DNA from: Eledone cirrhosa | Lineage: Eukaryota | NCBI GenBank assembly: GCA_964016885.1 | Contig: OZ024740.1 | Coordinates: forward strand, 289,788,001 to 289,852,000 | Reading direction: 5' to 3' | DNA length: 64,000 bases | In this document: in pieces, positions 1-14,388 of the stretch | Numbering within the stretch: the first letter of the stretch is position 1 | How the letters are laid out: the number at the start of each line of letters is the position of its first letter | The notes under the pieces: model-generated | The model's input: only the letters and a program-made list of their open reading frames with translations | Database searches by the model: none | What the model was told of the DNA's origin: nothing | Position numbers and translations under genes: made by a program

Positions 1-62
1 ATTACACACAGACACGACCCCCCACCTCTCACCCCCCCCCCCCCACACACAAACGCACACGC

Positions 63-94
<32 letters not shown>

Positions 95-295
95 GCGGGC
101 ACACACACTCACATACTGATACTAATATATGTTTTTTTCCTTCAATATATATCTCGGGTTCCGCTAGGTTTTTGGTGCTCACTACATGTTGTATGTCGCG
201 ACGGCGCCACTACCATTCTATCAGGGGTTATTAGTACATACATACATACATAATGGGTCCCATATAAACGGGTTTTATTGAATTAATTAGTTAAT

Positions 296-790
296 TCTTC
301 TCTTCGTCTTTGCCCACTTATTTCTGGGAGGGTCGTGGGCGAAGAGTTTTCAAGCACGCACTCCAGCGGATCCTGCCAGAAGCAACCGTCTCCAACTGAT
401 CCGGCTGGATCAACAAGCGGAATCAGCAGAGCTCATGGATGTTATCCAACCATCTTGCTCGAGGTCTACTCCTGGGTCTCCTGCCAGTTAGTTTTGCCCG
501 TAAAATCTGTCCAGTAATTCTTTCTTGAAACATTCTAACCACATGCCCATAGTATCGGAGCTGTGATCTCTCGATTCAGAGAAGTAGCGGCTCTACCTGG
601 AGTGACTCTCTGATCTCTGAGCTAAATACTATCGAGTAACGTTACTTCAAATACCCTTCGGAGGAACCCCACTTCGAACAGTTTTACAGATACCCATTGT
701 ATTCAAATTCAGAGAACTCCCTAAGCAAACTGAGGGCGTTGAAACAAAGCGGAGACTGTTCAACTCGGCAGTTTCTTCTTCAGCTTTCCA
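296..790 (-). mobile_element. Degenerate RTE-clade LINE 3' fragment
   Basis: The minus strand translates piecewise to RT C-terminal motifs typical of RTE ends (LRYYGHVVRM; RRPGRPRARWLDNI). It ends in a short GAA-type tail. Confidence 0.55.
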
Positions 791-1741
791 AGGTAGTTAA
801 TTAATCTATTTATTCATTTATTCTTCGCGTTGTGTAAATATTTATAAATTGGAGTCAGAATGTTTGAATGGCTAATAAAGATGGGAATACAGAAAACAAT
901 ATAGAATGGAAAAATATTATGAAATGGAAAATGAGAAGGGGGAGGAGAAGGGGGTGGAGGAGTAGGAGGAGGAGGAGAAGAAGAAGAAGAAGAAGAAGAA
1001 GAAGAAGAAGAAGAAGGGTGTGTTATGAAATTCAGCAGCTTTACCCGCGTCCCCCATAAAAAAACACCGTGACTCATGGTTAATTAATTACTCAGACAAT
1101 GGGTTCGTCCTTAGTTTTGTGTATATTTGAAAGTGTTTGCTTTTTAACATTCCTCAGAAAGTCTCTCAACCGAAGTTAACATTCACTTTCCTTATGGGTT
1201 CAATTTTTTTCCGGTATAAGTGCTACTTCTTTAACATAGTACTTGTCTTTGAAAATATATAGCTGAAAAATACCTAGTCACTGAATTATAAAAATATTAC
1301 AAGTAATACGTTGTGTTGCATATGGCAGTTATTGTCATAGTAACAACTATGAAACCGTATAAACATACATAAGTATTTGTCAAGTATTTTAGACTACTTC
1401 AATCTGACATAATATTTGTTTCCAAATGAACATTATTTCATTCGAAAGCAAGTTACGGCCAGATAATATCATGATATTACAAGAACAAAATTATTGTTTA
1501 AAATATCAATTTCACTTTATAAATTTCCAACGAATATATACATACATACAAATTCTCCCCACGAATATTAGGATGGCGAGAGAAATCGAACAAAAAAGAA
1601 TATTTCTCGTTTTAGTAACAAAGTGAATATAGATATAATGAAGTAGGGAGAGAAAGGTTTAATGGATTAGAATAATAGGCGAATTTAGCTGAATCAAGCA
1701 AAGATGAATATATTTCTAAGAGAGCGATGTTAGATCGAATG

Positions 1742-1942
1742 CAGACCTGCCAACTCTCCCCGTCCGACGGAGTGATCTCCCACCCACTTTGGGGAGGATG
1801 ACAGATGTCTTCTCTTGTGAAATTGGGTATAGATTTCATTATGTAAAATCTCCTCATTACCCCCCCCCCCCCATTTCTCCCCGTTTTGGGGCACTTTTTT
1901 CATGATACTCCTCGTTCAGGATTTTAGAGGTTGGCAGATCTG
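1742..1942. mobile_element. MITE with CAGACCTGCCAAC-type TIRs and 6-bp TSD (CGAATG)
   Basis: cagacctgccaac at 1742 and gttggcagatctg ending at 1942 are inverted; cgaatg flanks both sides directly. Confidence 0.65.
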
Positions 1943-2301
1943 CGAATGATATATTTCATGCGTACTCATGAAATATGGTTCGTTCTCTGTTACTATTTTT
2001 GTCACCCAACTATTATTTTGCTCCTCTCTCATTACAAATTACGATATAACTAGCTGTGTTATGCGCAATGCTATCTCATAACAATTTCCGCAATATTTAA
2101 TAACACGAGAAGAAAAATGAGCGTCCTCTTATGATTCATGATTATATAATTGAGTGAGATAAATATTTGTGATGAATTTACCATATGTGGTCGGTTTACT
2201 ATATTGCACACTTAGCAAACTAAGTATATACTTTCCATTAACAATGATACTCAAAGGGGTGGTTGAAGATGGAAGTCAACAGCATCACATGTTTAATTCA
2301 G

Positions 2302-2359
<58 letters not shown>

Positions 2360-2601
2360 GAAAATGGGGTAAAGTTCTATACAAATCAATGGTTATAGAA
2401 AAAAGTAAGACTGGAATTAGCATGGAAGTATATTTAAAGAATCTTTTTTTTTTCTTTAATCCGACAAAGTGTTATTTTTCAAAAAAAGAAGAAAAAAATG
2501 TTTTTTAAAAAAGGGTTTTATAAAATATATAACATATTACCGGTTTCGATGTAATTCTTCTTCTTCTTCTTCTTCTTCTTCTTCTTTATGTATATATATA
2601 T

Positions 2602-2756
<155 letters not shown>

Positions 2757-2869
2757 TGTCTTTATGTGTATGTATTATGGAATAGGATAGATAGAAATAA
2801 GAAATAACTAATAAGATCAACTGAAGGTGTGACAGCCACAAATACCAGCGTATAATGATGGTCAATGCT

Positions 2870-3790
2870 ACCCTCAGAGGCGAATTAAAATACAGATATA
2901 GAAGGACTCTAGAGAAATTATAATTGAATATTTAGGTAGTAGAAAAACCAGGTATTCCCATAAAATCCCTGATTAGTAGAACGTACCCATTTAAGGAAAA
3001 CCCCTGAACCGATAGACAATGTGTCGTCTGCAGATTAAGCCCACAGATTAACTGTAAAACTAGGAACGTATTATATAGCATAAAATGCATAGAGGGACAG
3101 TATGGGAATAGGAAGGCAACATATAAAGGTGAAACCATCCGTAGTATAGGAGAAAGGATGAAAGAACCCAGGAGAGCTCTTCAAGACGAGAAAAACTCAT
3201 CTGTGCTCCACCAAAATGTCAGAATCTATGGGAGCTCACTAGAGAACATTGAACAGACTCAATGCTCTACACACAGAACAGACTCAATGTTCAGACAAAT
3301 TACTGAAGCGACAAACAAAAACAGACTCCTACCACAACTAAATAAAAACTAGAAATGGAATAGTAACACCCTGACAACGTAGTAACTAGGAACACTATAA
3401 AGACATATAAAGACACAGAAGAACAAAACTAGTAAGCTAAACACACTCCTCCCGCTACATGCACGCAGAGACACACACAGATAGAACAAGTGAACCAACT
3501 AGTGACAAGTAGGAAAGAGAGTAAGGTAAGAAAATAAATAAATAAATGTATAAATAAATAAACAAATAAAGCACATCCACGACTGTAGCATGTGCAGCCC
3601 AAGTAAACAGTTCCTCAAAACAAGATGGTGTAAAACAGAACGAAGGAGAGACACAAAGTAGCAACAAAAATAATCTCTGAGAAGCTCAAAGAACGTGTGA
3701 CGAAAGAGCTTTGGAATCAGCAAATAAACAACCAACCCGTTGGGAAATTATCATAAAAAAATTGAAGTGAAATCCAATAGGTGCGTGTGT
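2870..3790 (+). pseudogene. Penelope-like (Neptune-type) GIY-YIG endonuclease remnant with 3' UTR
   Basis: VVEKPGIPIKSLISRTYPF..CVVC..NCKTRNVLYSIKC..YKGETIRSIGERMKE..SVLHQ, with stops. Clearly homologous to the 52046-52660 ORF. Confidence 0.8.
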
Positions 3791-3860
3791 GTTTTGTTGG
3801 CAGCATGACACACCCAACACACACACACATACATATATATACATATATATATATATATAT

Positions 3861-3931
<71 letters not shown>

Positions 3932-3936
<5 letters not shown>

Positions 3937-4072
3937 CAGAATTAGCCGTCGAAACAGCTTGAGCTCAGCCGTCGGGGTCCTACTCGTTCCTATTACCCAC
4001 TCTACTACCCTAAGTATTGAGTACTTTGGTGCGTTATGGTCCATCTGGTTCCGTACCACATTTCCTTCGTTT
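3932..4072 (+). mobile_element. PLE-derived mini-element family A (3' half of an HHR plus tail) in (TA)n
   Basis: agtccagaattagccgtc GAAA cagc..gccg TC ggggtc ... ttccttcgtt, flanked by (TA)n. Five further copies lie in the window. Confidence 0.75.
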
Positions 4073-4106
<34 letters not shown>

Positions 4107-4332
4107 TTTTGAGTTTATGTTGGTTGTATACCAACACCTCAGTATGCAGGCTGGAGCACTCGACGAAGTGCGCAGGTTGGTTTGGTTTGGTTTATATATA
4201 TATATATATATATATATGCATATATATATACATATATATATATACAACAATTCAAAGCCCTGCAGGCTGCCCTTAACGGAATGTTGCACTCCATGGTATT
4301 TTTCGTCTCCGTACCGCGAACACTTCATACAC

Positions 4333-4626
<294 letters not shown>

Positions 4627-4830
4627 TATATATAATATTGATAGGTTGACTGACAAGTTACAATACCACGAGGTGCTTCACCCAATGCATATTACGGCAA
4701 CATTGTATCCTACTCAATACTAACTGTGATTAATCATTTGCAGTGTATATCTCTACGGAATTCGGTAGTGATTTGCAAAAATTGGACAAATTCATCAGAG
4801 CAATCAACACAAGTTCAATATATATATATA

Positions 4831-6127
4831 CGAGGGTGCTTCAAAAGGTTCGTGGAAAAAGGACAGTTGGGAAAAACCGTTTAAGTTATGATGTTTATGT
4901 TTCAACATATGCTTCATCTAGGTTAATACACTTCTGCAAGCGTTGATGCCAGCCTTTAAGTCCATCTCTGTAAAACTGAGGGCCATGCAATTTAAACCAT
5001 GGAAAAGCAACTTTTATTTTATATCTTCAGATGATGGATAATAGGTAGCTTTCAATGATTTTTTCAGGTTTGGAAACAAAAAGAAATCGGATGGGGCTAA
5101 ATTGGGACTATAAGGTGGGTGTCGGATAATTTCCCATCGAAATTTGCTTAGCATAGTTCGTGTTTGCCGAGTGCCGTGAGCGGACGCATTGTCATGGGGG
5201 AAAAGAACACGCCGGTGTAACTTCCCCAGGCATTTTCCCGCGATTTTCTTGACCAGTTTTCTCAAAACGACTTCATAATATACAGCTGTAATAATTTCTT
5301 GTTCTCGAGGACGTCAACCAGCAAAATCCCCTCTACAGCCCAGAAGACAGTAGCCATGACCTTCCCCCCTTGAACGCTCCGATTTTACCTTGATTGTCCC
5401 ACTTCACCCCTTGAAGCCACTGCTTCGATTGAGTTTTTTCCTCGGGATCTAACGGGTAGAGCCACGTTTCACCCCCGGTAACAATTCTCTGCAGAAAAGC
5501 TTCAGAGCCTTCATCCCACTTGTTCAAAATTTCCATCAAGAGATCTGCTCTTGTTTGCTGCTGATTTAAGCGCAACAGCTTTGGGACCCATCGAGCGGAA
5601 AGCTTCCTCAGGCGGAAACTCTGCATCAGAATTGCGTGTGCAAAACCCACAGAGATGTTGAGTGTGTCGGCTACTGATTCAGTGGTTATACACCTATCCT
5701 TTTCAAATAGGTTGTGAACAGCATCGCTGTTTTCCACACAGACTGACGTGTATGGCCTGTAACTGCCGGGATCATCTTCAACCTTATCTCTTCTACTTCT
5801 AAAACGACTTATCCATTTGTAGCTTGTTCATTTCTTTGGGGCATTGCCCCCATAAAATTTTTCCAGAGCCTCAATGATTTGGCTGCTCTTCCGCCGTAGC
5901 TTCACTATAAATTTGATGTTTGTCCTGGCCTCAAATTTGATGGATGACATGTTGCTCGAGCGAGTGCTTTTTCCTGACTGGCGCCGCCGCGTTGTAACAT
6001 TTAAGGGTTCATGTTCGAAAATGTTATGACACGTTAGTACGAGAACGTACAGGTGCATTGAAATCAAAATCCCTGCATATAATCTTTAGCTATGTGTTTA
6101 TTCCACGAACTTTTTGAAGCCTCCTCG
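4831..6127 (-). mobile_element. Full-length but decayed mariner transposon (Hsmar2/irritans-like)
   Basis: TIRs cgagggtgcttcaaaaggttcgtggaa / ttccacgaactttttgaagcctcctcg with TA at both ends. Frameshifted transposase with IVTGGETW, HDNASAH and HPPYSPNLAPSDFFLFPNLK. Confidence 0.95.
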
Positions 6128-6146
6128 TATATATATATATATACAC

Positions 6147-6199
<53 letters not shown>

Positions 6200-6501
6200 T
6201 TTCGATTTAGATTTCGAGGTTCAAATTCGTCTACAGAACAGGTTTTGGATTTTGAAATTTAAATCTGTCCAGGAATCATGGCCGTTGCCAATATAAGCTT
6301 GTCTTTATTGACTTATATCGAGACAGACAAATTGTATTCACTTTAATTAGTTTATTTCATTAATAGCTAACTTTGTCTGTTGCAATGTAAACACGTTTCG
6401 TGTTTATCATATATTTTAATGTATTTAACTGCTCGGAAAAGCCCCTTTTCCTGGAGCTTAATTATTGTAAACGACAGAGTTTATTCTCAAAATATAATAT
6501 A

Positions 6502-6564
<63 letters not shown>

Positions 6565-6691
6565 AATGTATATATAGTGTATTTTGCAATACACTGTATG
6601 CTTAATTGAAAGCATTTCGAAGACCTTACGCTATTGTTTTAGAGTAGTGACAGTCTCACTTACTTTCATTTTCAGCAAACAGGGGAGATAA

Positions 6692-6736
6692 AGCTGACAG
6701 AGCTCTGTTTCACACTTTTTGGTGTTTATCAAAGCT
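6692..6736 (-). ncRNA. Type I hammerhead ribozyme, U3-A8 variant
   Basis: agct UUGAUAA acac-caaaaa-gugu GAAA cagagcucug UC agcu. Confidence 0.75.
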
Positions 6737-6915
6737 AACTACTCCGCCTGTTTGCTGAAAATCATGAATATTTGATTCTTATAGAATTCTAGTAATAATC
6801 AGGAACGGATTATACAGAGCGGTTGCCGGTCAAGCAGTATAATCAGTGCCTGATTATTACTAGAATTCTATAAGAATCAAACAGTCATGATTTTCAGCAA
6901 ACAGGCGGAGTAGTT

Positions 6916-6960
6916 AGCTTTGATAAGCACCAACAAGTGCGAAACAGAACTCTGTCAGCT
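6916..6960 (+). ncRNA. Type I hammerhead ribozyme, U3-A8 variant
   Basis: agct TTGATAA gcac-caacaa-gtgc GAAA cagaactctg TC agct. The first pair of helix II covaries with the other arm (G-C vs A-U). Confidence 0.75.
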
Positions 6961-7116
6961 TTATCACCCCTTTTGCTGAAAATAAAAGTAAGTGAGACTG
7001 TCACTACTCTAAAACAATAGCGTAAGGTCTTCGAAATGCTTTCAATTAAGCATACAGTGTATTGCAAAATACACTATATATACATTCATATATATATCGC
7101 TATTTCAGAGCACCAA

Positions 7117-7203
<87 letters not shown>

Positions 7204-7299
7204 ATTTTATGAGGCACCCTGTATATATATATATATATATACACACATGTATACATACACACACACACACACACACACACAGACACACACACAGACACA

Positions 7300-7343
<44 letters not shown>

Positions 7344-7677
7344 GACACACACACACACACTAAGACACACACATGTCCTCCGGCCTTCGACTAGCTCACT
7401 CAAGGAATCTGCCTAATTGCAGTAAAGCAGCTGCAATCAGATATTCAGAGTGCACAAATTTAATTATTAGCAGTTATTAGCAGATAGTTTTTGTAGAGAT
7501 ACAAGTAAATACCTCAACTCCCGAACGATATCGTTTCTGTGTAATATAGCTTCACAAATGCTGATATTACATCCGCAATGTTGAGAACATCACGCAATAT
7601 CAGCGGAAATTTACGTAATCGGGCTATTACATGTCTTCAGCAGGGTTGCCCCCCCCCACCATATATATATATATATG

Positions 7678-7722
<45 letters not shown>

Positions 7723-7871
7723 GTACATATATAACACACACACACACGCATATATATATATATATATTCATATCCACATCATCATCATGTTACATATGTA
7801 ACCAAATTTTCAGAACTACCAATTGGTCAGAATAAAGGTATTGAATTGAGTGAAAATGGAAAGAGGAAATA

Positions 7872-8460
7872 TTTGTTTATACTTTTGGCACAAGGCCAAC
7901 AATTCACCAGTACATTACTGGTACTTTATTTTATCGACCCCGTAAGGATGAAAGGCAAAGTTAACCTCGGCGGGATTTGAACTCATAATGGCAAGGGCCG
8001 TAACTCTATGCGTTAAAGCAAGGCGTCCGGCCCTCTAACGATACTGCCAATTCACTGGAAAGAGGAAGAAATTGTTTCTACTTTTGGCACAAGGCCAGCA
8101 ATTATCCAGTACATTACTGGTACTTTATTTTATCGACCCCGTAAGGATGAAAGGCAAAGTTAACCTTGGCGGGATTTGAACTCAGAATGGCAAGGGCCGT
8201 AACTCTATGCATCAAAGCATGGTGTCCAACCCTCTACCGATACTGCCAATCCACCGCCCTAAAAGAGGAAATAATTGTTTCTACTTTAGGCACAAGGCCA
8301 GCAATTACCCAGTACATTACTGGTACTCTATTTTATCGACCCCGTAAGGATGAAAGGCAAAGTTAATCTCGGCGGGATTTGAACTCAGACTGTAAAGGGA
8401 CGTAACTATGCATCAAAGCATGGCGTCCGACCCTCTACCGGTACTGCCAATCCACCGCCC
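7872..8460 (-). mobile_element. Three tandem tRNA-derived SINE copies
   Basis: Copies at about 7872-8057, 8069-8260 and 8273-8460, each flanked by aaagaggaa(a)ta-like spacers. Confidence 0.9.
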
Positions 8461-8764
8461 TAAAAGAGGAAATAATACCCTGAAGTTACGTCAATAACAT
8501 TCTCTTTACTTAGTCAAGATTTATTTAACTTAAGACCCGAACATTCAGTAATATCTTTTTCAGATTTTATCGTTAATACATTTGTATGCTTTTATATATT
8601 TCCAAGTAACATGCGTCAGTTCTCTTGATTCGCTGCTGCTTGGGAAAAAATCTATGCATTTGTTGTAATGTTTCTGTGTTACACGCACCACACACTTATC
8701 AACAGATATACATGTACACACATTGGCATACTAATCGATAACATCCCATGCAGAGGGTCCCCAC

Positions 8765-8833
<69 letters not shown>

Positions 8834-8930
8834 TATATATATATATATATATATGTAAATATATGTATATGTGTGTGTGTGTGTGTATTTATATCTATAT
8901 TTATATATATAGATATAAATACACACACAT

Positions 8931-9023
<93 letters not shown>

Positions 9024-9106
9024 TATATATGTAAATATATGTATATGTGTGTGTGTGTGTGTATTTATATCTATATTTATATATATAGATATAAATACAC
9101 ACACAC

Positions 9107-9143
<37 letters not shown>

Positions 9144-9375
9144 GTAATAATAATAAATTTGAAGACTAAAATCCAAAGAAGGCTCGATAAGTATAAATAT
9201 ATATTAAATATATAAGAACCGTAGAGCAACTATTTATTAAAATAACAGATTAAAGTTTAAGCAAAGAATCGCTGCTTTCACCCTTAACGGGATCTTCTGA
9301 AACTCTCAGAAGATCCCGTTAAGGGTGAAAGCAGCGATTCTTTGCTTAAACTTTAATCTGTTATTTTAATAAATA
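9144..9375. mobile_element. Hairpin mini-element family B (CAGAAGA-core HHR) in (TA)n
   Basis: Perfect ~70-bp inverted repeat centred at ~9303. The same sequence occurs at 15725-15890, 23284-23360 and 25340-25415. Confidence 0.8.
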
Positions 9376-9477
9376 TATATATATATGTATATATTTATAT
9401 ATATATATATGTATTATATATATATATGTATGTATTATATATATATATATGTGTATGTATTTATATCTATATCTATA

Positions 9478-9509
<32 letters not shown>

Positions 9510-9511
9510 GC

Positions 9512-9578
<67 letters not shown>

Positions 9579-9896
9579 AAGGTGGGGGCCCTATGCATGG
9601 GGTGTTATCGATTAGCATGCCAATGTGCAATCTCAGTTGCAGTCATACATACACACAAGGAAGCCTGAATGAAATAAAGGCATTATGATAATCGAGAATA
9701 ATGCAACAAAGGGCCTTAACTCAAGGATGGGTTTGCTATTTGTAAAAGCTGGAACGTAATATATGATAAATATCAAAGGTTGCTATGTGTCTTTGTGTTT
9801 TTATAGACTTATGTATGTTTTTGCGAAAATGTTGTATGCCTGTGTGTATATATGTGTGTGCGTCAATATGTGTGAGTGTATATGTGTGGGTGCTTA

Positions 9897-9952
<56 letters not shown>

Positions 9953-10096
9953 CGCGTACTGACTCCTACGAGTTGAGATCTGATAGGAAATGCAGGCTGG
10001 ATATTTTGTACTGAGGTGGAGTAACACTGCATGATGCCTCTTTTGAACTTATGTATGCTACATTACATAGATGGCATAGTGTGTCGTTGAATAGAT

Positions 10097-10128
<32 letters not shown>

Positions 10129-10157
10129 AAATATGTATATATATTCGTGTGAGTGCG

Positions 10158-10234
<77 letters not shown>

Positions 10235-10237
10235 GTA

Positions 10238-10321
<84 letters not shown>

Positions 10322-10769
10322 CATATATAATAAAGAATTCATATCTAGTAACATATATATACATACAGATGCATATCAATGCTAGCAAATATATAGGTTT
10401 TGGCCATGACTGCTGCTACGGTTGTAGGCAGGCCGCTGTCTTATTTGCAAACCACTTTCCACTGATTGACCTCGATGTCACGTGTTCGATTCTTTTTGAA
10501 TTTGCCACAGACGTAGAGGCAGTGATTTCTCAATGGTTTGGAAGTCAGTCCACGCTTTGCTATTTCCTATCCACTGAATTATTTTTTAATAAGTTTCCAG
10601 TGTCCTCGCTTTGCCTGGAAACTTACACGAGAATAGACTTTCGTGACGACGGAATGCTTCTCTATATTATTCTTCGGAAAATATATTTACTCCATTTCAG
10701 AAACTAATTAGTTGGAAGTGATATTTTAGTAAGTAAGTTAATTTTATAATTTTCTTATTTTACGTCTCT

Positions 10770-11818
<1,049 letters not shown>

Positions 11819-11924
11819 TGCATAACTAAAACTTTGTAGATAGCAGCTGTTTTCAGGTTATGTAACTGTTATAGAAACACGTGTCAATAAATTCCTTTCA
11901 ACTAAACTGTATCCATTCAAATCT

Positions 11925-12005
<81 letters not shown>

Positions 12006-12065
12006 ATATATATACATATATATTTACACACATATATATATATATATATATACATATATATTTAC

Positions 12066-12096
<31 letters not shown>

Positions 12097-12117
12097 TATT
12101 TACACACATATATATAT

Positions 12118-12470
12118 ATGAAAGCATCTTGCTGCCGTGCCGACAGTAGTTTACGCGAGCGAAACCTGGAAGAGCACGGCAAAGATAGAGAGACGGCTGA
12201 ACGCTTTCCACCAGCGGTGCCTGCGAATGATCCTTCGTGTGTCCTAGCGCGACCGAGTGCGAAACGAAGAAATCCTGGCTGGCCACATTTTGTGGCGACC
12301 CGACGAGCTACACACGAAAACAGCGATGAACTGGACTCCACCTGGCGGCAAACGGAGATGGGGTTACCCCAGGATAATCTGGCGACGAACGTTCCGAAAA
12401 GACCTGATGGCAGCCAACACCACTTGGCACGGACGCGAAAAAGCCTCCACTGATCGTGACAATGAGCGGT
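12118..12470 (+). mobile_element. Degenerate RTE LINE RT C-terminal fragment
   Basis: [49 protein letters not shown]. Confidence 0.75.
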
Positions 12471-13089
12471 GTTGGATTTTGTTGTTAAGCTGACTCCCTC
12501 GCCAACGACTCCTTTTTTCCGAAAATGGAGGTGGTCAGGGAGGGGAACACTTGGAGTCACAGAGAAGCGCTTCTCAGCCTTTTAAATTAATAGAAATGCA
12601 CCCATTGGGGATCACGAAGAAGACTTTTATCCTGTTTACAGCTAATGTGACCTACAACATCCCCACAACATCGCCTTTCTCCCCGAAAGGAAGACGGGAG
12701 GGACGAGGGTACCTATAAAGTATGTGTGAAAGTACACCAACAATGGTTCCGATGCTGCCATGTTTGCACTACAAAAATGGAATATATTCGATGAGGTGAC
12801 CAACTTCCAACATGGCCGATATCAGCTGTAGAGAGGTGGTGCAGGGGTTGACCCACCGATTTTCCCAGCCTAGGAGGTTTCTTCTGTGGGGATTTTTTCT
12901 TTGTTAAGTTTTTCTCGTTTGTTTTTGATTGATCTACATCCGACTCACTCACCAACGACTCCTATTTCCGAAATCGGAAGCAAAGAGTGAATGGGGCCCT
13001 CTGAGTTACAGATAAGCACCTCTCAGCCGTTTATATTTATAGAAAAGCAAAGCAATCCCTTGATACTGAAGGATATTTTGATCCTTCAT

Positions 13090-13590
13090 CATTCTCTACT
13101 ATTGTGGAAAGCGTTGTAAACTTAAGTATTCCCCAATTTCGAAATCCACCATTCCAACAAAGAGTGGTTGTGTGAAAGAGCAATCCTTACAGCCACTTAA
13201 AAACATCACACTTTCTAAACACAACTTTCGATTGAAGAAGGTCACAGCCATGATTGTGCAATGGGACGCGTATAGTTGTGACTGAGCTACAGCCTAACAT
13301 TATCGAAGCAAATATCTTCACTGGATGTGGTAAGGGAGACATCTTATTTATATCTAGAATACTGCTAATACAGATACCCCTTTTCCTTTCAAACGATTTC
13401 AATTCCTAGTGAGAGTCAGTTACGCAATGACAAGTCCCAAGGTCAAACACTGCAGACTGTCGGTCTCCATTTAGAAGAGGGCTGTTTCTCACATGATCAA
13501 TTGTATGTTGCCTAGTCCAGAGTAGGAAGCCCCCACAACCTCTTCCTATATGCTAAAAAAGTTAAAAACATTATATATACTGAAGTTCAG
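13090..13590 (+). pseudogene. Helitron PIF1 helicase C-terminal remnant
   Basis: IIEANIFTGCGKGDILFISRI..FKRFQFLVRVSYAMT..SQGQTLQTVGLHLEEGCFSHDQLYVA*SRV. Confidence 0.8.
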
Positions 13591-13795
13591 TAAATGTTTT
13601 ATAATTTTCGTTGAATACATTTTCTATTATTTTCTTTATTACTTTCTGTATTTAGATATTCTAGATAAATTTTTTAAAGTTATATCATGCAATATTTAAT
13701 TACCTTTTAACATCTTTTATTTGAAGAAAATTTGGCATTACGATAGATGCTAATAGGTGCCTTATAAATAGACTTAAGCACAGTACAGACCAGGG

Positions 13796-13837
<42 letters not shown>

Positions 13838-13841
<4 letters not shown>

Positions 13842-13997
13842 AAATGTTCAACCCCGACGGCAGAGCTCAAGCCGTTTCGACGGCTATTTCTGGACTGAGG
13901 GGTTGAACATTTTCCTATTACCCACTCTACTACCCTAAGTATTGAGTACTCTGGTGCGTTATGGTCCATCTGGTTCCTTACCACACTTCCTTCGTTA
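13838..13997 (+). mobile_element. Family A mini-element with inverted 5' arm
   Basis: An inverted arm (13838-13898) is followed by a sense copy beginning ggggttgaac at 13899. Flanked by (TA)n. Confidence 0.8.
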
Positions 13998-14388
13998 TAT
14001 ATACGAGCAGAAAAACCACCCGACGAGTGGTTTTCTGCTAGCATGTGTAGTGTGTTTATTGATATTATACACAAATATATATGCATGTAGATATGATACA
14101 TCAAATAAAATCGTAATTGACAATATACACAGAAATTGAACGAAGACTATGTTACACTGTCTTCTGTAATCAGTAAAGTAATCCATGATACATTTAAAAA
14201 AAGACGATATTATATATAAATTGCATTAGGAGAAAATTAGCGACGGAAATATATGCGATATTTTTATAAGTGTTATAATATAACGGCCGCTAACCGGAAA
14301 TGTTGACATTTGAAAATTTTAAAGTGAATTTTAAAGGTCTTTAATTTAGCACATAAATTATGTAATATTCATTCATTATTTATTCAAA

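Larger units (their letters stand above)
6570..7082. mobile_element. ORF-less palindromic PLE-type mini-element (~250-bp arms) in (TA)n
   Basis: 6570-6822 is the near-perfect reverse complement of 6849-7082. Each arm carries an HHR. Confidence 0.85.
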
